From positions 975-64,974 of the forward strand of contig JAYSZA010000043.1 of NCBI GenBank assembly GCA_043727115.1: a DNA stretch of 64,000 nt. The letters are read 5' to 3'. This DNA comes from Candidatus Saccharimonadota bacterium (GTDB lineage: Bacteria; Patescibacteriota; Saccharimonadia; Saccharimonadales; SZUA-47). The notes beneath the pieces were generated by a model, which ran no database searches, was not told the DNA's origin, and saw nothing but the letters and a program-made list of their open reading frames with translations. This document shows positions 8,937 to 17,569 of this stretch, one piece after another (position 1 is the first letter of the stretch; every line of letters begins with the position of its first letter). A program made the position numbers and the translations under genes.

Positions 8937-11906
8937 ATGAGACGTGAGGTTTGGGTGCTGATAGTCGTATCTATTGTTTATGTTTTTTTTGGTTCCCTCA
9001 CGAAGGCCAGCGCACAGGCTTCTGACCCCCATTTGTGGGATGGCAATATTACCCTTGAACAGTCCAAAACAATTACACCTACCCAAGTGCAAAACAGGCA
9101 CGACTGTCGTTACGTAAACGCTAAAAGTATAAGCTTGAAAACCCCATTTACATATATGTTTGCCACGGTTCCGGTGATGCTGAACCCAACCACCACCACC
9201 ATAGGCAATAGATGCATTATTGATAACCAAAACGGATATTTTACCAACGAGTTTCTACAAGGTAGTGGGGATAGCTATCTGGCTTCGTATTACTTTGGTG
9301 ATAGTACAGACAAAATGTATGATTTAGCTCCAATGCTATCAGGCAATTATTGGATTGAGCCAGCCTCAAATAGCAACACTGTATTGTTTTTGGTCAAAAA
9401 TGCTTTTACGGACAAAACCTATTCAGTTAATACGCAGAACGATATTGGTGATGCCCGGCCCGGCATTAGGAGCAATAAGCTAACCTGGGAATTTGGCAAC
9501 CTACAACCAGAAACCTGGAGAGACAAGGACGGCGTAGTTTTCAAAATCGACGAGCACGTGTTTTCACCGAACGGGCAATTCATGGCCATTCATTACAAAT
9601 CAACAATCGCGAAAGTGAATTTGCGCAACATGGAAATGATGCCTGTCGCCTACGACACCAGCTTAAAAGGCAGCGAACTTGCGATAAGCAATGACGGCCG
9701 TTATGTTGCACAGCTCAAGTCTAGTAAATTGTTTGTTACAGATACATATGGGTGTGAAACAGTCTACAATTCAGACTCCTGGGATATAATTTCTGGACAG
9801 TTGTCCTATCCGGGCTGCAAACAGAGTCAAGACATTATCCCCGGGCTTGTTAGTGGAGGATTAATTAGCTCTGGAAAATTCTACAAAAGACCGTACTTTT
9901 CACCAGATAGTAAAAAGCTGAATATTGCTGTCGGCACTAGGCGGACGGACATCAATACCGGTGGTTCAATGATTCCCTTGGCCTTCAACTGGCAAGAGGT
10001 CGTATTGACAGCCAATAATCACGTCAGTAATGTGCAGGGATATTTAGCAATGGGCGATAGTTTTTCGAGCGGCGAGGGGGACTTGCAGGGCGGAACTTGG
10101 TATGAACCAGGGACCGACGAACAGGGAAACAAAGACACTTTTGAAGGACGCAATCTGTGCCATTTGTCGCGTCGGAGTTACCCGTATCTTATCGCAAAAG
10201 AACTGGGGTATTTGTCGGGTGATGCATCCGAACCCACGACGCCTCTGGATAATGACTTGTTCCACTCAGTAGCGTGTAGTGGGGCAGTTATACATAATAT
10301 CGTAGGTACTACTAACGAAGATAACTTTGACCATGAAAACTCATCAAACCAGTACAGGAATGATTTTCTCGGTAGTTTAGTTCGGTGGCAGCCCGGACGG
10401 ATAAAACAACTTGATGCACTAGATTCGTTCGTATTTGGAGGCTATTCAGTCTCAGAGCCTAAACCAGAAGTCATTACACTAGGAATAGGCGGTAATGATG
10501 GAGGATTTGGCGATATCGTTAAATCATGCACCCTTCCTGGAACATGTAAGTACGCAGTCGAGCAATCGATTGACCTGAGCAACCTAGCCATTGGGCTTAT
10601 GAAAATAAAACCAAAATTAGTAGACACATACAAAAAAATAAAGCAAACTAGCCCAGAATCAAGAATATACGTCCACGGCTATCCAATATTTGTATCTGAT
10701 AGAGTAGGTGATTTGAGTGATAGTTTAGACGGTGGAACTTGTAGGGCAAATGTACGCTTGGACTTTCAAGAACGCCGACTTGTAGTAGAGGGCATTAAGT
10801 ATATGAATGAAATAGTACGAGCGGCGGCAAGTGAAGCAGGGGTATTCTACGTGGATATAGAGGATATACTTGAGGGGACAAATTTATGTAGTGGGCATAA
10901 TCCAGGGGACATTACTGTTAACGGTGTGACTGCCGGAAACGATATCGATTTTAGTCTGTGTCTCTTCAGGACGGGCTGTATTGGTAGTGAAAGCTTCCAT
11001 CCGAATCAATTAGCGCACAGATTATATAAGGAAAGAGTATTATCCTACACCGGTAATCTATCCGAACCAATGCCGCCGGTCGTATTAACAAGTATCCCGG
11101 CTCCGGATGATTTCTTTGGATCAACTGCAAGTAGTCAAGCGGGAGTGCACAATAACGGGGGCAATTTCACCATTGTCGTGCCCGAGCCCAAGCCGTTTTT
11201 GAGTGGCAGTGAACAAGGCAGTAAGATTTTACAAGAAGGCTTATTGCCGGGCTCTATATTGCGTGTTGAACTACAATCAACCCCAATAACTATCGCGGAT
11301 TTCACAGTTCCAGCGGACGGTGTAGTTAACCAACCTATAGAATTGCAATCTGATTCTGAGCCTGGAGCGCACGAACTTCATATATTTGGGGTGGACAATT
11401 TCGGCACAGCTTTTGATTATTACGAGCCAATCCTAATCGCTTTTAGTGAAACCGATTTCGATGGCGACGGAATAACAGATGATGTTGATAGCTGCATCAC
11501 TGTATTCGATAGCTTTGTAGACGTGGACCAAGACGGAATTGATGATGTCTGTGACGGTGAAATAGTCATCACACCTCCAGAACCAGAAGTGATAATCGTT
11601 CCTCCGGAGGAAATAATTGTTGAAGACCCAATCACCGAAGAAGAAACTTCACCAGAAACACCGACTCCACAAGTACTGGACCGTGAAAAAGGTGAGCCAA
11701 ACCCAGAAACTGTAGCAGGTGATGAAGAAACGGTTCCGCAAGTACTCGGTGCCTCAACTAGCTCCGATAATACACCATTAGAATCCCAGTCAGTGCTTGG
11801 AGCTGCTGCAGACCTAGCTAGCACAGGCAAGCCCGCGATAGTAACCTTTTTCGTGGGTATAACATTCGTTATTATAGGAATCGTGTTATATAAACACCAA
11901 AAATAA
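8937..11906 (+). CDS. large cell-surface protein: signal peptide + PD40-like beta-propeller repeats + SGNH/GDSL hydrolase domain + Asp-rich Ca-binding (TSP3-like) repeats + Pro/Glu stalk + LAxTG sorting signal
   Basis: 989 aa. N-terminal signal peptide MRREVWVLIVVSIVYVFFGSLTKASAQA. Repeated SPNGQF/SNDGRY/SPDSKK propeller-like motifs. A GDSFSSGEG block sits near 10049-10078, with GGNDGG and FHPN.LAH blocks downstream (SGNH). DFDGDGITDDVDSCITVFDSFVDVDQDGIDDVCDG follows. The C-terminus LASTG (11814-11828) plus hydrophobic helix plus KHQK resembles a sortase (class E LAxTG) substrate. Confidence 0.75.
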   Translation: MRREVWVLIVVSIVYVFFGSLTKASAQASDPHLWDGNITLEQSKTITPTQVQNRHDCRYVNAKSISLKTPFTYMFATVPVMLNPTTTTIGNRCIIDNQNGYFTNEFLQGSGDSYLASYYFGDSTDKMYDLAPMLSGNYWIEPASNSNTVLFLVKNAFTDKTYSVNTQNDIGDARPGIRSNKLTWEFGNLQPETWRDKDGVVFKIDEHVFSPNGQFMAIHYKSTIAKVNLRNMEMMPVAYDTSLKGSELAISNDGRYVAQLKSSKLFVTDTYGCETVYNSDSWDIISGQLSYPGCKQSQDIIPGLVSGGLISSGKFYKRPYFSPDSKKLNIAVGTRRTDINTGGSMIPLAFNWQEVVLTANNHVSNVQGYLAMGDSFSSGEGDLQGGTWYEPGTDEQGNKDTFEGRNLCHLSRRSYPYLIAKELGYLSGDASEPTTPLDNDLFHSVACSGAVIHNIVGTTNEDNFDHENSSNQYRNDFLGSLVRWQPGRIKQLDALDSFVFGGYSVSEPKPEVITLGIGGNDGGFGDIVKSCTLPGTCKYAVEQSIDLSNLAIGLMKIKPKLVDTYKKIKQTSPESRIYVHGYPIFVSDRVGDLSDSLDGGTCRANVRLDFQERRLVVEGIKYMNEIVRAAASEAGVFYVDIEDILEGTNLCSGHNPGDITVNGVTAGNDIDFSLCLFRTGCIGSESFHPNQLAHRLYKERVLSYTGNLSEPMPPVVLTSIPAPDDFFGSTASSQAGVHNNGGNFTIVVPEPKPFLSGSEQGSKILQEGLLPGSILRVELQSTPITIADFTVPADGVVNQPIELQSDSEPGAHELHIFGVDNFGTAFDYYEPILIAFSETDFDGDGITDDVDSCITVFDSFVDVDQDGIDDVCDGEIVITPPEPEVIIVPPEEIIVEDPITEEETSPETPTPQVLDREKGEPNPETVAGDEETVPQVLGASTSSDNTPLESQSVLGAAADLASTGKPAIVTFFVGITFVIIGIVLYKHQK

Positions 11907-11934
11907 AACCAGTGTCATATAAAGTTCATTCAAC

Positions 11935-12450
11935 CTATAGCTCCGTATAAGTGCTTGTCAGTTTGTCTATATCAGCCTTAGAGCTCGCTCGGGTAACTAC
12001 GGGGTAGCAAGAGTAGATGACTTTTTTTGAGTTGCTAAAAATAAAACCAGTTCCTTCAAAGTTGCCACACGACTTATTATTAATTAGTCTTTCGGGGAGT
12101 TTGGTAGTTAGTGTTTGGCTTAATTCGTAAGGCTTGTCCCGAGGGCTTTCTAGGTAAACGTAACAAGAAGGGGTTTTAGTAAATTTTTCTTCAAGGTCAC
12201 CACAACTAACTCCTATGAATAATTCTTCGCCGGTCTCTGCTTCTACGTCTTTTTCTAGTTTTTCAAAGTCAGCAAGTAACTGCTTCATGTCTGATACATT
12301 TTTTTGGTCTAGGTATTTGTTATATCCGTAAGCTCCACTGATTGCTAGAAGAAGGAAGCCAATCAAAAGAACCACTCCGTACCTACCTGCAAACGACTTT
12401 ATACCAGAGTTTCTAGCTTTAGATTGCTTACTAGTAGCTTTCTTTATCAT
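11935..12450 (-). CDS. hypothetical membrane-anchored protein
   Basis: The ORF track extends to 12531, but that extension runs through a palindrome. The probable start is MIKKATSKQ at 12450. One N-terminal TM segment (VVLLIGFLLLAISGAYGY) is followed by an extracytoplasmic domain with two Cys. Confidence 0.5.
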   Translation of the reverse strand: MIKKATSKQSKARNSGIKSFAGRYGVVLLIGFLLLAISGAYGYNKYLDQKNVSDMKQLLADFEKLEKDVEAETGEELFIGVSCGDLEEKFTKTPSCYVYLESPRDKPYELSQTLTTKLPERLINNKSCGNFEGTGFIFSNSKKVIYSCYPVVTRASSKADIDKLTSTYTEL

Positions 12451-12490
12451 AACCACAATTGTAGCCTGTTTTATTAATACCCCCAAATCA

Positions 12491-12519
12491 TACTGTACAA
12501 GGACAGTCCTTGTACAGTA
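12491..12519. repeat. 29-nt perfect palindrome (REP-like), left flank of transposase
   Basis: Arms of 14 bp around a central A. It ends 10 nt before the transposase ATG. Confidence 0.85.
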
Positions 12520-12529
12520 CACTAAGGTC

Positions 12530-13213
12530 ATGCCTAGCAGGAACGCCGTTAAAAAATTTGAACCAGATTCTATGTACCATGTATATAATCGTGGTGTAGA
12601 TAAACGGATAATATTTGTAGACGAGCGTGACTATAGTGTTTTCCTGAGTTTTTTGAAGTACGCTCTGTTGTCTGATGATGAGCTTAAAAACTACCAAGTT
12701 GTTGATGCGGGAATTATTTCACAAGCGGAAAGATTTAATCTAAGACGAGAAGGACTGCACGGAGTTGTAGAACTGGTCAGTTTTTGCTTAATGCCGAATC
12801 ACTTTCACTTGCTACTGTACCAATATGAAATTGACGGAATTACGCGTCTAATGAGATCTGTCGCAACTGGGTATTCAGGATATTTTAACAAACGGCACAA
12901 AAGGGTAGGATCATTGTTTCAAGGTCGGTATAAGGCTAGTCCAATAAGTTCGCAAGGTTATTGGGACCACATTAGCCGCTATATTCATCTCAACCCCCTA
13001 GATATTGGTGAAGATTATGAGACTTACTCGTACTCGAGCTACAGAAATTACACTGGGAATTTCGAAGCTGAGTGGCTAAGACCGAATCTTGTGCTTGACG
13101 GGTTTGAGTCGGCTGCTGCATATCAAAAGTTCGTGTCGGAGTATGTTCCTTACAGGAAAGAGCTAAAGGACACCAAGGATCTGCTTGCCAATAGCAGAGA
13201 ATTGGAAGAATAA
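12530..13213 (+). CDS. IS200/IS605-family Y1 transposase-like protein (REP-associated tyrosine transposase-like)
   Basis: 227 aa. Family pattern YHVYNRGVDKRIIF...CLMPNHFHLLL (HUH motif)...GSLFQGRYKAS...RYIHLNP. It is longer than a minimal IS200 TnpA, with a C-terminal extension. Confidence 0.75.
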   Translation: MPSRNAVKKFEPDSMYHVYNRGVDKRIIFVDERDYSVFLSFLKYALLSDDELKNYQVVDAGIISQAERFNLRREGLHGVVELVSFCLMPNHFHLLLYQYEIDGITRLMRSVATGYSGYFNKRHKRVGSLFQGRYKASPISSQGYWDHISRYIHLNPLDIGEDYETYSYSSYRNYTGNFEAEWLRPNLVLDGFESAAAYQKFVSEYVPYRKELKDTKDLLANSRELEE

Positions 13214-13254
13214 TATCTTACTGCACAAGGACTGTCCTTGTACAGTAAGATATT
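13214..13254. repeat. 41-nt near-perfect palindrome (REP-like), right flank of transposase
   Basis: The 29-nt core matches the left copy (one mismatch) in inverted orientation, with arms extended to 20 bp. It begins immediately after the transposase stop. Confidence 0.85.
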
Positions 13255-13302
13255 ACCGTTATTTTTCTTTGTTGTTTGGAACCAACATAAACAGAGTAAA
13301 GT

Positions 13303-14583
13303 CTATCCGAGGATTTTGTTGTATATTTCTAGGGTTTGGGCGGCCATTCGGCGCCAAGAAAATCTTTTGGCGTTTTCGTAGCCTTTTTCTATAAGTTTTT
13401 TTCGCAGAGGCTCGTTGGATATGACCTCGTCGATTTTTGCTGCCATTTCCTGAATATCAAGCGGGTTAAAATAAACCGCTGCATCACCATGAACTTCAGG
13501 CAGGCAAGTTGCATCACTGCTGACTACCGGACAGCCGTGAACCATAGCCTCTAGACCCGGTAAACCAAAGCCTTCACTGAGCGATGGGAATACATAGGCT
13601 CGGGCATTTTGGTAATACCACTTCAGTTCTTCGTCAGGAATAAAACCAGTGAAAATTATATCTTCAAAACAAGGCTGTTTATGGCTCGACTCACCCAAAA
13701 TCCTGCTGTCTTCAGGAGACTTTTTCAGTGACGAGATAAATGACTTTTCCGACGAAGAGGTATCTTTAGATACATCTGAGGAGGAAAGGCTTTTAGATTG
13801 TTCTGAAAAATCTTCTGAGGCGGTAGGTATTTTAGGTGTGTTGCGCCTTGCCCATCGCTCTAATGATTTGCTGTGATGTTCTCTTTTGCCGATTAAAACT
13901 AGCTTTAAGTCCGCGTGTTGTTCTTTCAGTAAACAAAATGCACTGATTAGTCGCTCCAAGTTTTTGTGTGGGAATGCGCTGCCGGTATACATGATGAACT
14001 TTTCTGGTGGGTTTTCCGGTGTGTGGGCTTTGCCGGGAAGTGGCGGTTCACTAGATTCCAAGGTAACTGTTGTTTTGCGGTTGGTGAATAAATGGTATTT
14101 GTTAACCGCATCTGCAACATATTGAGTAGGTACTAGGATGTGTTTTGCACGGCGGTGCGCTGACCATAGCAAGAATCGGTATCCTCGCATGCGCAGGGCA
14201 TGTAACCAGCCCGGAAGACGCCCGGCACGGACAAATTTGAGCATGGTTAGGTCGTGTGTGAATGTCGTCTGCTTCTTGAAGTAGAAAATTGGCTGTTGAG
14301 GTGTAAGTGTAAAATGAACCAAATCCGCCCTTAATCGGTACAGTTGCCAGGCATATAAGACCTGGTTAATCGGATTGAAACTAAAGTTACCAAACCTTGT
14401 ATGTTTAACCACGAAGTTTTTGTTGGTAGGCATCCAATCATCTTTTGGTTCTACTAGAATTGTGTAGTGGTGGTCATTATCAATCTCTTGCAAATGCTCC
14501 AGTAATCTTGCGACAGGACGTCCCGTGCTGGCTCTACGTATACGTGCATCTATGACTATGTGTTTCTTTGGAGGCTTTGACAT
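13303..14583 (-). CDS. glycosyltransferase family 1/GT4-like with Ser-rich low-complexity insertion
   Basis: 426 aa. The C-terminal domain carries FTGFIPDEELKWYYQNARAYVFPSLSEGFGLPGLEAMVHGCPVV (EX7E-type GT-B motif). An unusual ~50-aa insertion, SEDFSEQSKSLSSSDVSKDTSSSEKSFISSLKKSPEDS, lies between the two Rossmann halves. Confidence 0.75.
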   Translation of the reverse strand: MSKPPKKHIVIDARIRRASTGRPVARLLEHLQEIDNDHHYTILVEPKDDWMPTNKNFVVKHTRFGNFSFNPINQVLYAWQLYRLRADLVHFTLTPQQPIFYFKKQTTFTHDLTMLKFVRAGRLPGWLHALRMRGYRFLLWSAHRRAKHILVPTQYVADAVNKYHLFTNRKTTVTLESSEPPLPGKAHTPENPPEKFIMYTGSAFPHKNLERLISAFCLLKEQHADLKLVLIGKREHHSKSLERWARRNTPKIPTASEDFSEQSKSLSSSDVSKDTSSSEKSFISSLKKSPEDSRILGESSHKQPCFEDIIFTGFIPDEELKWYYQNARAYVFPSLSEGFGLPGLEAMVHGCPVVSSDATCLPEVHGDAAVYFNPLDIQEMAAKIDEVISNEPLRKKLIEKGYENAKRFSWRRMAAQTLEIYNKILG

Positions 14584-14617
14584 GAGCTCATTATACCTCT
14601 TAATTTTTTGTCAGTAT

Positions 14618-14643
14618 CTACCCTATATGTGACAATAGGGTAG
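14618..14643 (+). promoter_or_regulatory. inverted repeat CTACCCTAT-N8-ATAGGGTAG abutting the start codon of the 14644 gene
   Basis: Arms of 9 bp. The downstream arm ends one nt before the ATG and contains the only SD-like AGGG. This could be an operator or a translational-control hairpin. Confidence 0.4.
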
Positions 14644-15018
14644 ATGAATAATTTTCAAAACGGTGTGACTTCTAGTGACTTAGTACCGCAGTCCTTCAAA
14701 AACTCTAATCAAAACGTCAGTTTTCAGAAAACCTATAGCGTATCTGGCACACAATCAAACAGCGCAAATCAACTACTCTATTCTGCTAGCTCACCAGGAG
14801 TTTTAACCGTAGATGATGGCTCTAACTCCCAAGTATTGGGTTTGTCTAATACTGTGGCAAACACAAGCTCATCGAGTATCACTCAGAATTCAAATAACTA
14901 TATTCCAGTAGCCCTGGTTTTTTTGGTTATCGCAGCTACTTTAAGCAACTATTTCTTTAAACGCTACAAAAGCATTCCAGTAGCAGCCGAACAAGAGCAA
15001 TCTGATGACGAAGAGTAG
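14644..15018 (+). CDS. small Ser/Asn/Thr-rich C-terminally anchored membrane protein
   Basis: 124 aa. About 95 aa of low-complexity S/T/N/Q-rich sequence precede a single TM segment (IPVALVFLVIAATLSNYFF) and a KRYK...acidic tail. The gene overlaps the downstream Wzy_C gene by 14 nt. Confidence 0.5.
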   Translation: MNNFQNGVTSSDLVPQSFKNSNQNVSFQKTYSVSGTQSNSANQLLYSASSPGVLTVDDGSNSQVLGLSNTVANTSSSSITQNSNNYIPVALVFLVIAATLSNYFFKRYKSIPVAAEQEQSDDEE

Positions 15019-16348
15019 CACAGACCGAATTTCTCGTCTTCTGTTCGTTCTGTCGATTATCCTTGTTGTCTATATGCCACTTCACGTCTTCATAGCGCAG
15101 TCCGCCAGCTTGCTAACTGGGGGCATAGAGGTGTGGAAGGCGGCAAAGGATTTATTAATCGTCATTCTTGTTCCAGTTTTATTATTTCTGAGCTATAGAA
15201 GGGGACTTCTCCACAACAAAACCTTTCGTTGGCTGATGATTTTGGGCGGACTATACACGTTACTGCACGGTTTATTCGTTATATTCGACGGAAACGACGA
15301 TACGTATTCAGCAATTGTTGGGAGCGTCTACAATACAAGGCTACTCGGCTATCTACTGCTTGGCTATATTGTAGGTTCAGCAAAAGAAGGGGAAAAGTAC
15401 CTGCGCTATTTACTCACAGCAACGGTGATAATCGCAAGCGCGGTAGCGTTGTTTGGTGTGTTGCAGTACTTTTTGCCATCAGATTTCCTGACGCATGTCG
15501 GGTATAGCCTGGACAGGGGGGTGAAACCACTCTTTTTCATCGACGATAAGCCCGATTTGCCTAGAGTAATGAGCACAATCAAAGACCCTAACTCGCTGGG
15601 TGCATACTTAATTTTGCCGATGTTATTGACTGGCTACGCTTTATTTAAAAAATCTGTGAATGAAGCAATATTTGCACGTCCATTCCGCAGGGAAGTGCTA
15701 GGAGTAATGTTAGCTTTACAGTTTGGTGCACTGACACTAACATTTTCACGCGGTGCGTTTCTAGGACTTATATTCAGTACACTTACTTTACTTTGTATAG
15801 CGAAAGGGAAGCAAATACTGCTGATAGCAAAAAGATTTTGGTATATTTTGCTCGGCACTACTCTGATTTTTATTAGTTTGTTCGTAGTATTACAAGATAC
15901 ATATTTGGTCCAAAATGTAATTTTTCATGCTGATGAATCTACGGTTCTTGAAGACCCAAATGAGCTGAGAGTTACTTTCTTCCAGGAAACCTTAGACAAG
16001 GTTATAGACGAGCCTCTAGGTTCCGGTCCAGGGACTGCAGGGCTGGTCGCCATAAATAACCCAAAAGGCGGCGTACTGACAGAGAATTACTACCTCCAGA
16101 TAGCTTACGAGGTTGGCTGGGCAGGTTTTCTGTTTTTTGCCACAATTCTAGGTGTTCTAGCAGTAAATTTGTACAAAATGCGCAAAAATGCCGTAGCGGT
16201 GGTCCTGCTAAGTAGCCTTGTTGGTTATTTGTTCTACAGCCTACTCATTCATCTATGGTCAAACGAAGCCCTAGCCCTGCAATGGTGGCTACTTTGCGGA
16301 GCTGCTATTGGCTATTTTGCGATGCGACCGAATGACAAAAAACTCTAG
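15005..16348 (+). CDS. O-antigen ligase/polymerase family (Wzy_C) membrane protein
   Basis: 447 aa with at least 10 TM segments. It carries the signature ENYYLQIAYEVGWAGFLFF (the H/N-x2-L-x4-E-x-G-x2-G pattern) and FSRGAFLGLIFSTL, typical of WaaL/Wzy/PglL-type enzymes. Confidence 0.7.
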   Translation: MTKSSTDRISRLLFVLSIILVVYMPLHVFIAQSASLLTGGIEVWKAAKDLLIVILVPVLLFLSYRRGLLHNKTFRWLMILGGLYTLLHGLFVIFDGNDDTYSAIVGSVYNTRLLGYLLLGYIVGSAKEGEKYLRYLLTATVIIASAVALFGVLQYFLPSDFLTHVGYSLDRGVKPLFFIDDKPDLPRVMSTIKDPNSLGAYLILPMLLTGYALFKKSVNEAIFARPFRREVLGVMLALQFGALTLTFSRGAFLGLIFSTLTLLCIAKGKQILLIAKRFWYILLGTTLIFISLFVVLQDTYLVQNVIFHADESTVLEDPNELRVTFFQETLDKVIDEPLGSGPGTAGLVAINNPKGGVLTENYYLQIAYEVGWAGFLFFATILGVLAVNLYKMRKNAVAVVLLSSLVGYLFYSLLIHLWSNEALALQWWLLCGAAIGYFAMRPNDKKL

Positions 16349-16355
16349 ACTAGAA

Positions 16356-16787
16356 TCATCTCTCTTCTACTTCTGGATCTTTCTCGCCCCAAATAAAATA
16401 CTTGGTCCAAACAAAGTTCCAGAATAGTGCCAGAGCTGAACTGACAACCAATGCGATAGTGTAATCAAAATGCAGAACTCTGACACAAAAGCTGACCAGT
16501 AGAGCCCCGCCTATAATCGCCACCCAGCTAGTTGCGTGAAATTCTACTAAGTAATTTGAGAGTGTTTTATTCTGTTTTCGCGATTTATTTTTGTAGGTCC
16601 AGTTGTGATGCATGGCAAAATTATGAAACAGCGCAACCTCGGAAGCCAGTAGCTGAGCAATGAATATGTGTATACCCATCTGTTTGTAAAACAGACTTAA
16701 AAGCGCGTAGTTAATGATGAAACCCGCGGTTCCAACTATGCAAAATCTAATAAAATCTATCGATACTAACTTTTTAGCTAATTTCAT
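16356..16787 (-). CDS. GtrA-like small membrane protein (polyprenyl-phosphate sugar flippase family)
   Basis: 143 aa, 4 TM. FIRFCIVGTAGFIINYALLSLF...HNFAMHHNWTYK matches the GtrA family pattern. Confidence 0.75.
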   Translation of the reverse strand: MKLAKKLVSIDFIRFCIVGTAGFIINYALLSLFYKQMGIHIFIAQLLASEVALFHNFAMHHNWTYKNKSRKQNKTLSNYLVEFHATSWVAIIGGALLVSFCVRVLHFDYTIALVVSSALALFWNFVWTKYFIWGEKDPEVEER

Positions 16788-16845
16788 ACTTATCTTTAAT
16801 TCTAGCTCATGCTAGCATTAAGCAAGAACAAAAGGGAAAAATCAC

Positions 16846-17568
16846 GTGGCCAAAACCAAGAAATTATCTATCGTCATACCTTGTTATAACGAAAAACCGA
16901 CTATAGAAAAACTATTCAAAGAAGTCCAAGACGTGAATCTGGGGACCACAAGCAAAGAAATCATTATTGTCGACGATGGCTCCAAAGACGGAACTCGAGA
17001 TATTCTAAAAAAATTAAAAAAGGCCAACCCAGAAATCAAAGTATTGTTGCAAGAAAAAAATCAGGGTAAAGGTGCCGCTCTGAAACGAGGATTTCTAGAA
17101 TCTACCGGCGATGTTTTGATTGTTCAAGATGCTGATTTAGAGTATGACCCACAAGAATACATCAGGCTGCTCTACCCAATTGAGCGTGGTCATGCAGATG
17201 TAGTCTACGGCTCTAGATTTGTCGGGGGCGAACCGCATAGGATTATTTACTATCGCAACCAAGTCGCTAACAAGTTTCTAACAACACTATCCAATATATT
17301 CACTGGGCTAAACCTGACAGACATGGAAACATGCTACAAAATGATGAACGGAAATTTGGCGCGTGAGCTTGCTGCTGATTTACAGTCTGACCGATTCGGG
17401 TTTGAGCCGGAAATCACAGCACGTATAGCCAAAAAAAATGTGAGAGTCTACGAAATTGGGATTAGTTATTATGGCCGTAGCAAAGAAGAGGGCAAGAAAA
17501 TTGGTTACAAAGACGGCCTGAAAGCAATCTGGGAAATTATCCGATTTAACGTGTTTGTGGGGAAGTAA
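16846..17568 (+). CDS. GT2 glycosyltransferase, DPM1/GtrB-like polyprenyl-phosphate sugar synthase
   Basis: 240 aa. LSIVIPCYNE...IIIVDDGSKDGT...VQDADLEYDP (DxD) are the GT-A motifs. It has no C-terminal TM segment, which is DPM1-like. Confidence 0.8.
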   Translation: MAKTKKLSIVIPCYNEKPTIEKLFKEVQDVNLGTTSKEIIIVDDGSKDGTRDILKKLKKANPEIKVLLQEKNQGKGAALKRGFLESTGDVLIVQDADLEYDPQEYIRLLYPIERGHADVVYGSRFVGGEPHRIIYYRNQVANKFLTTLSNIFTGLNLTDMETCYKMMNGNLARELAADLQSDRFGFEPEITARIAKKNVRVYEIGISYYGRSKEEGKKIGYKDGLKAIWEIIRFNVFVGK

Positions 17569-17569
17569 T

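Larger units (their letters stand above)
12491..13254 (+). mobile_element. Y1 (HUH) transposase gene flanked by inverted REP-like palindromes (RAYT/IS200-like unit)
   Basis: The palindromes TACTGTACAAGGAC-A-GTCCTTGTACAGTA (12491-12519) and ATATCTTACTGCACAAGGAC-T-GTCCTTGTACAGTAAGATAT (13214-13254) are inverted relative to each other. They bracket the transposase CDS. Confidence 0.65.

Noticed and set aside
99-11830. Antisense or overlapping ORFs inside strongly supported genes (for example 99-398-, 1684-1884+, 4060-4521+, 10044-10265-, 11420-11830-; also 40177-40770- and 58601-58984- further on).
   Set aside because: They are embedded opposite conserved domains (RecF, DnaN, SGNH protein, beta-helix protein, LTD protein). 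Their composition is driven by the sense-strand codons and they have no independent support.
12488-13394. ORFs 12488-12697(-) and 13185-13394(+), and the N-terminal extension of 11935-12531, reading through the transposase-flanking palindromes.
   Set aside because: They are artefacts of palindromic sequence (both strands open). They overlap the well-supported transposase CDS.
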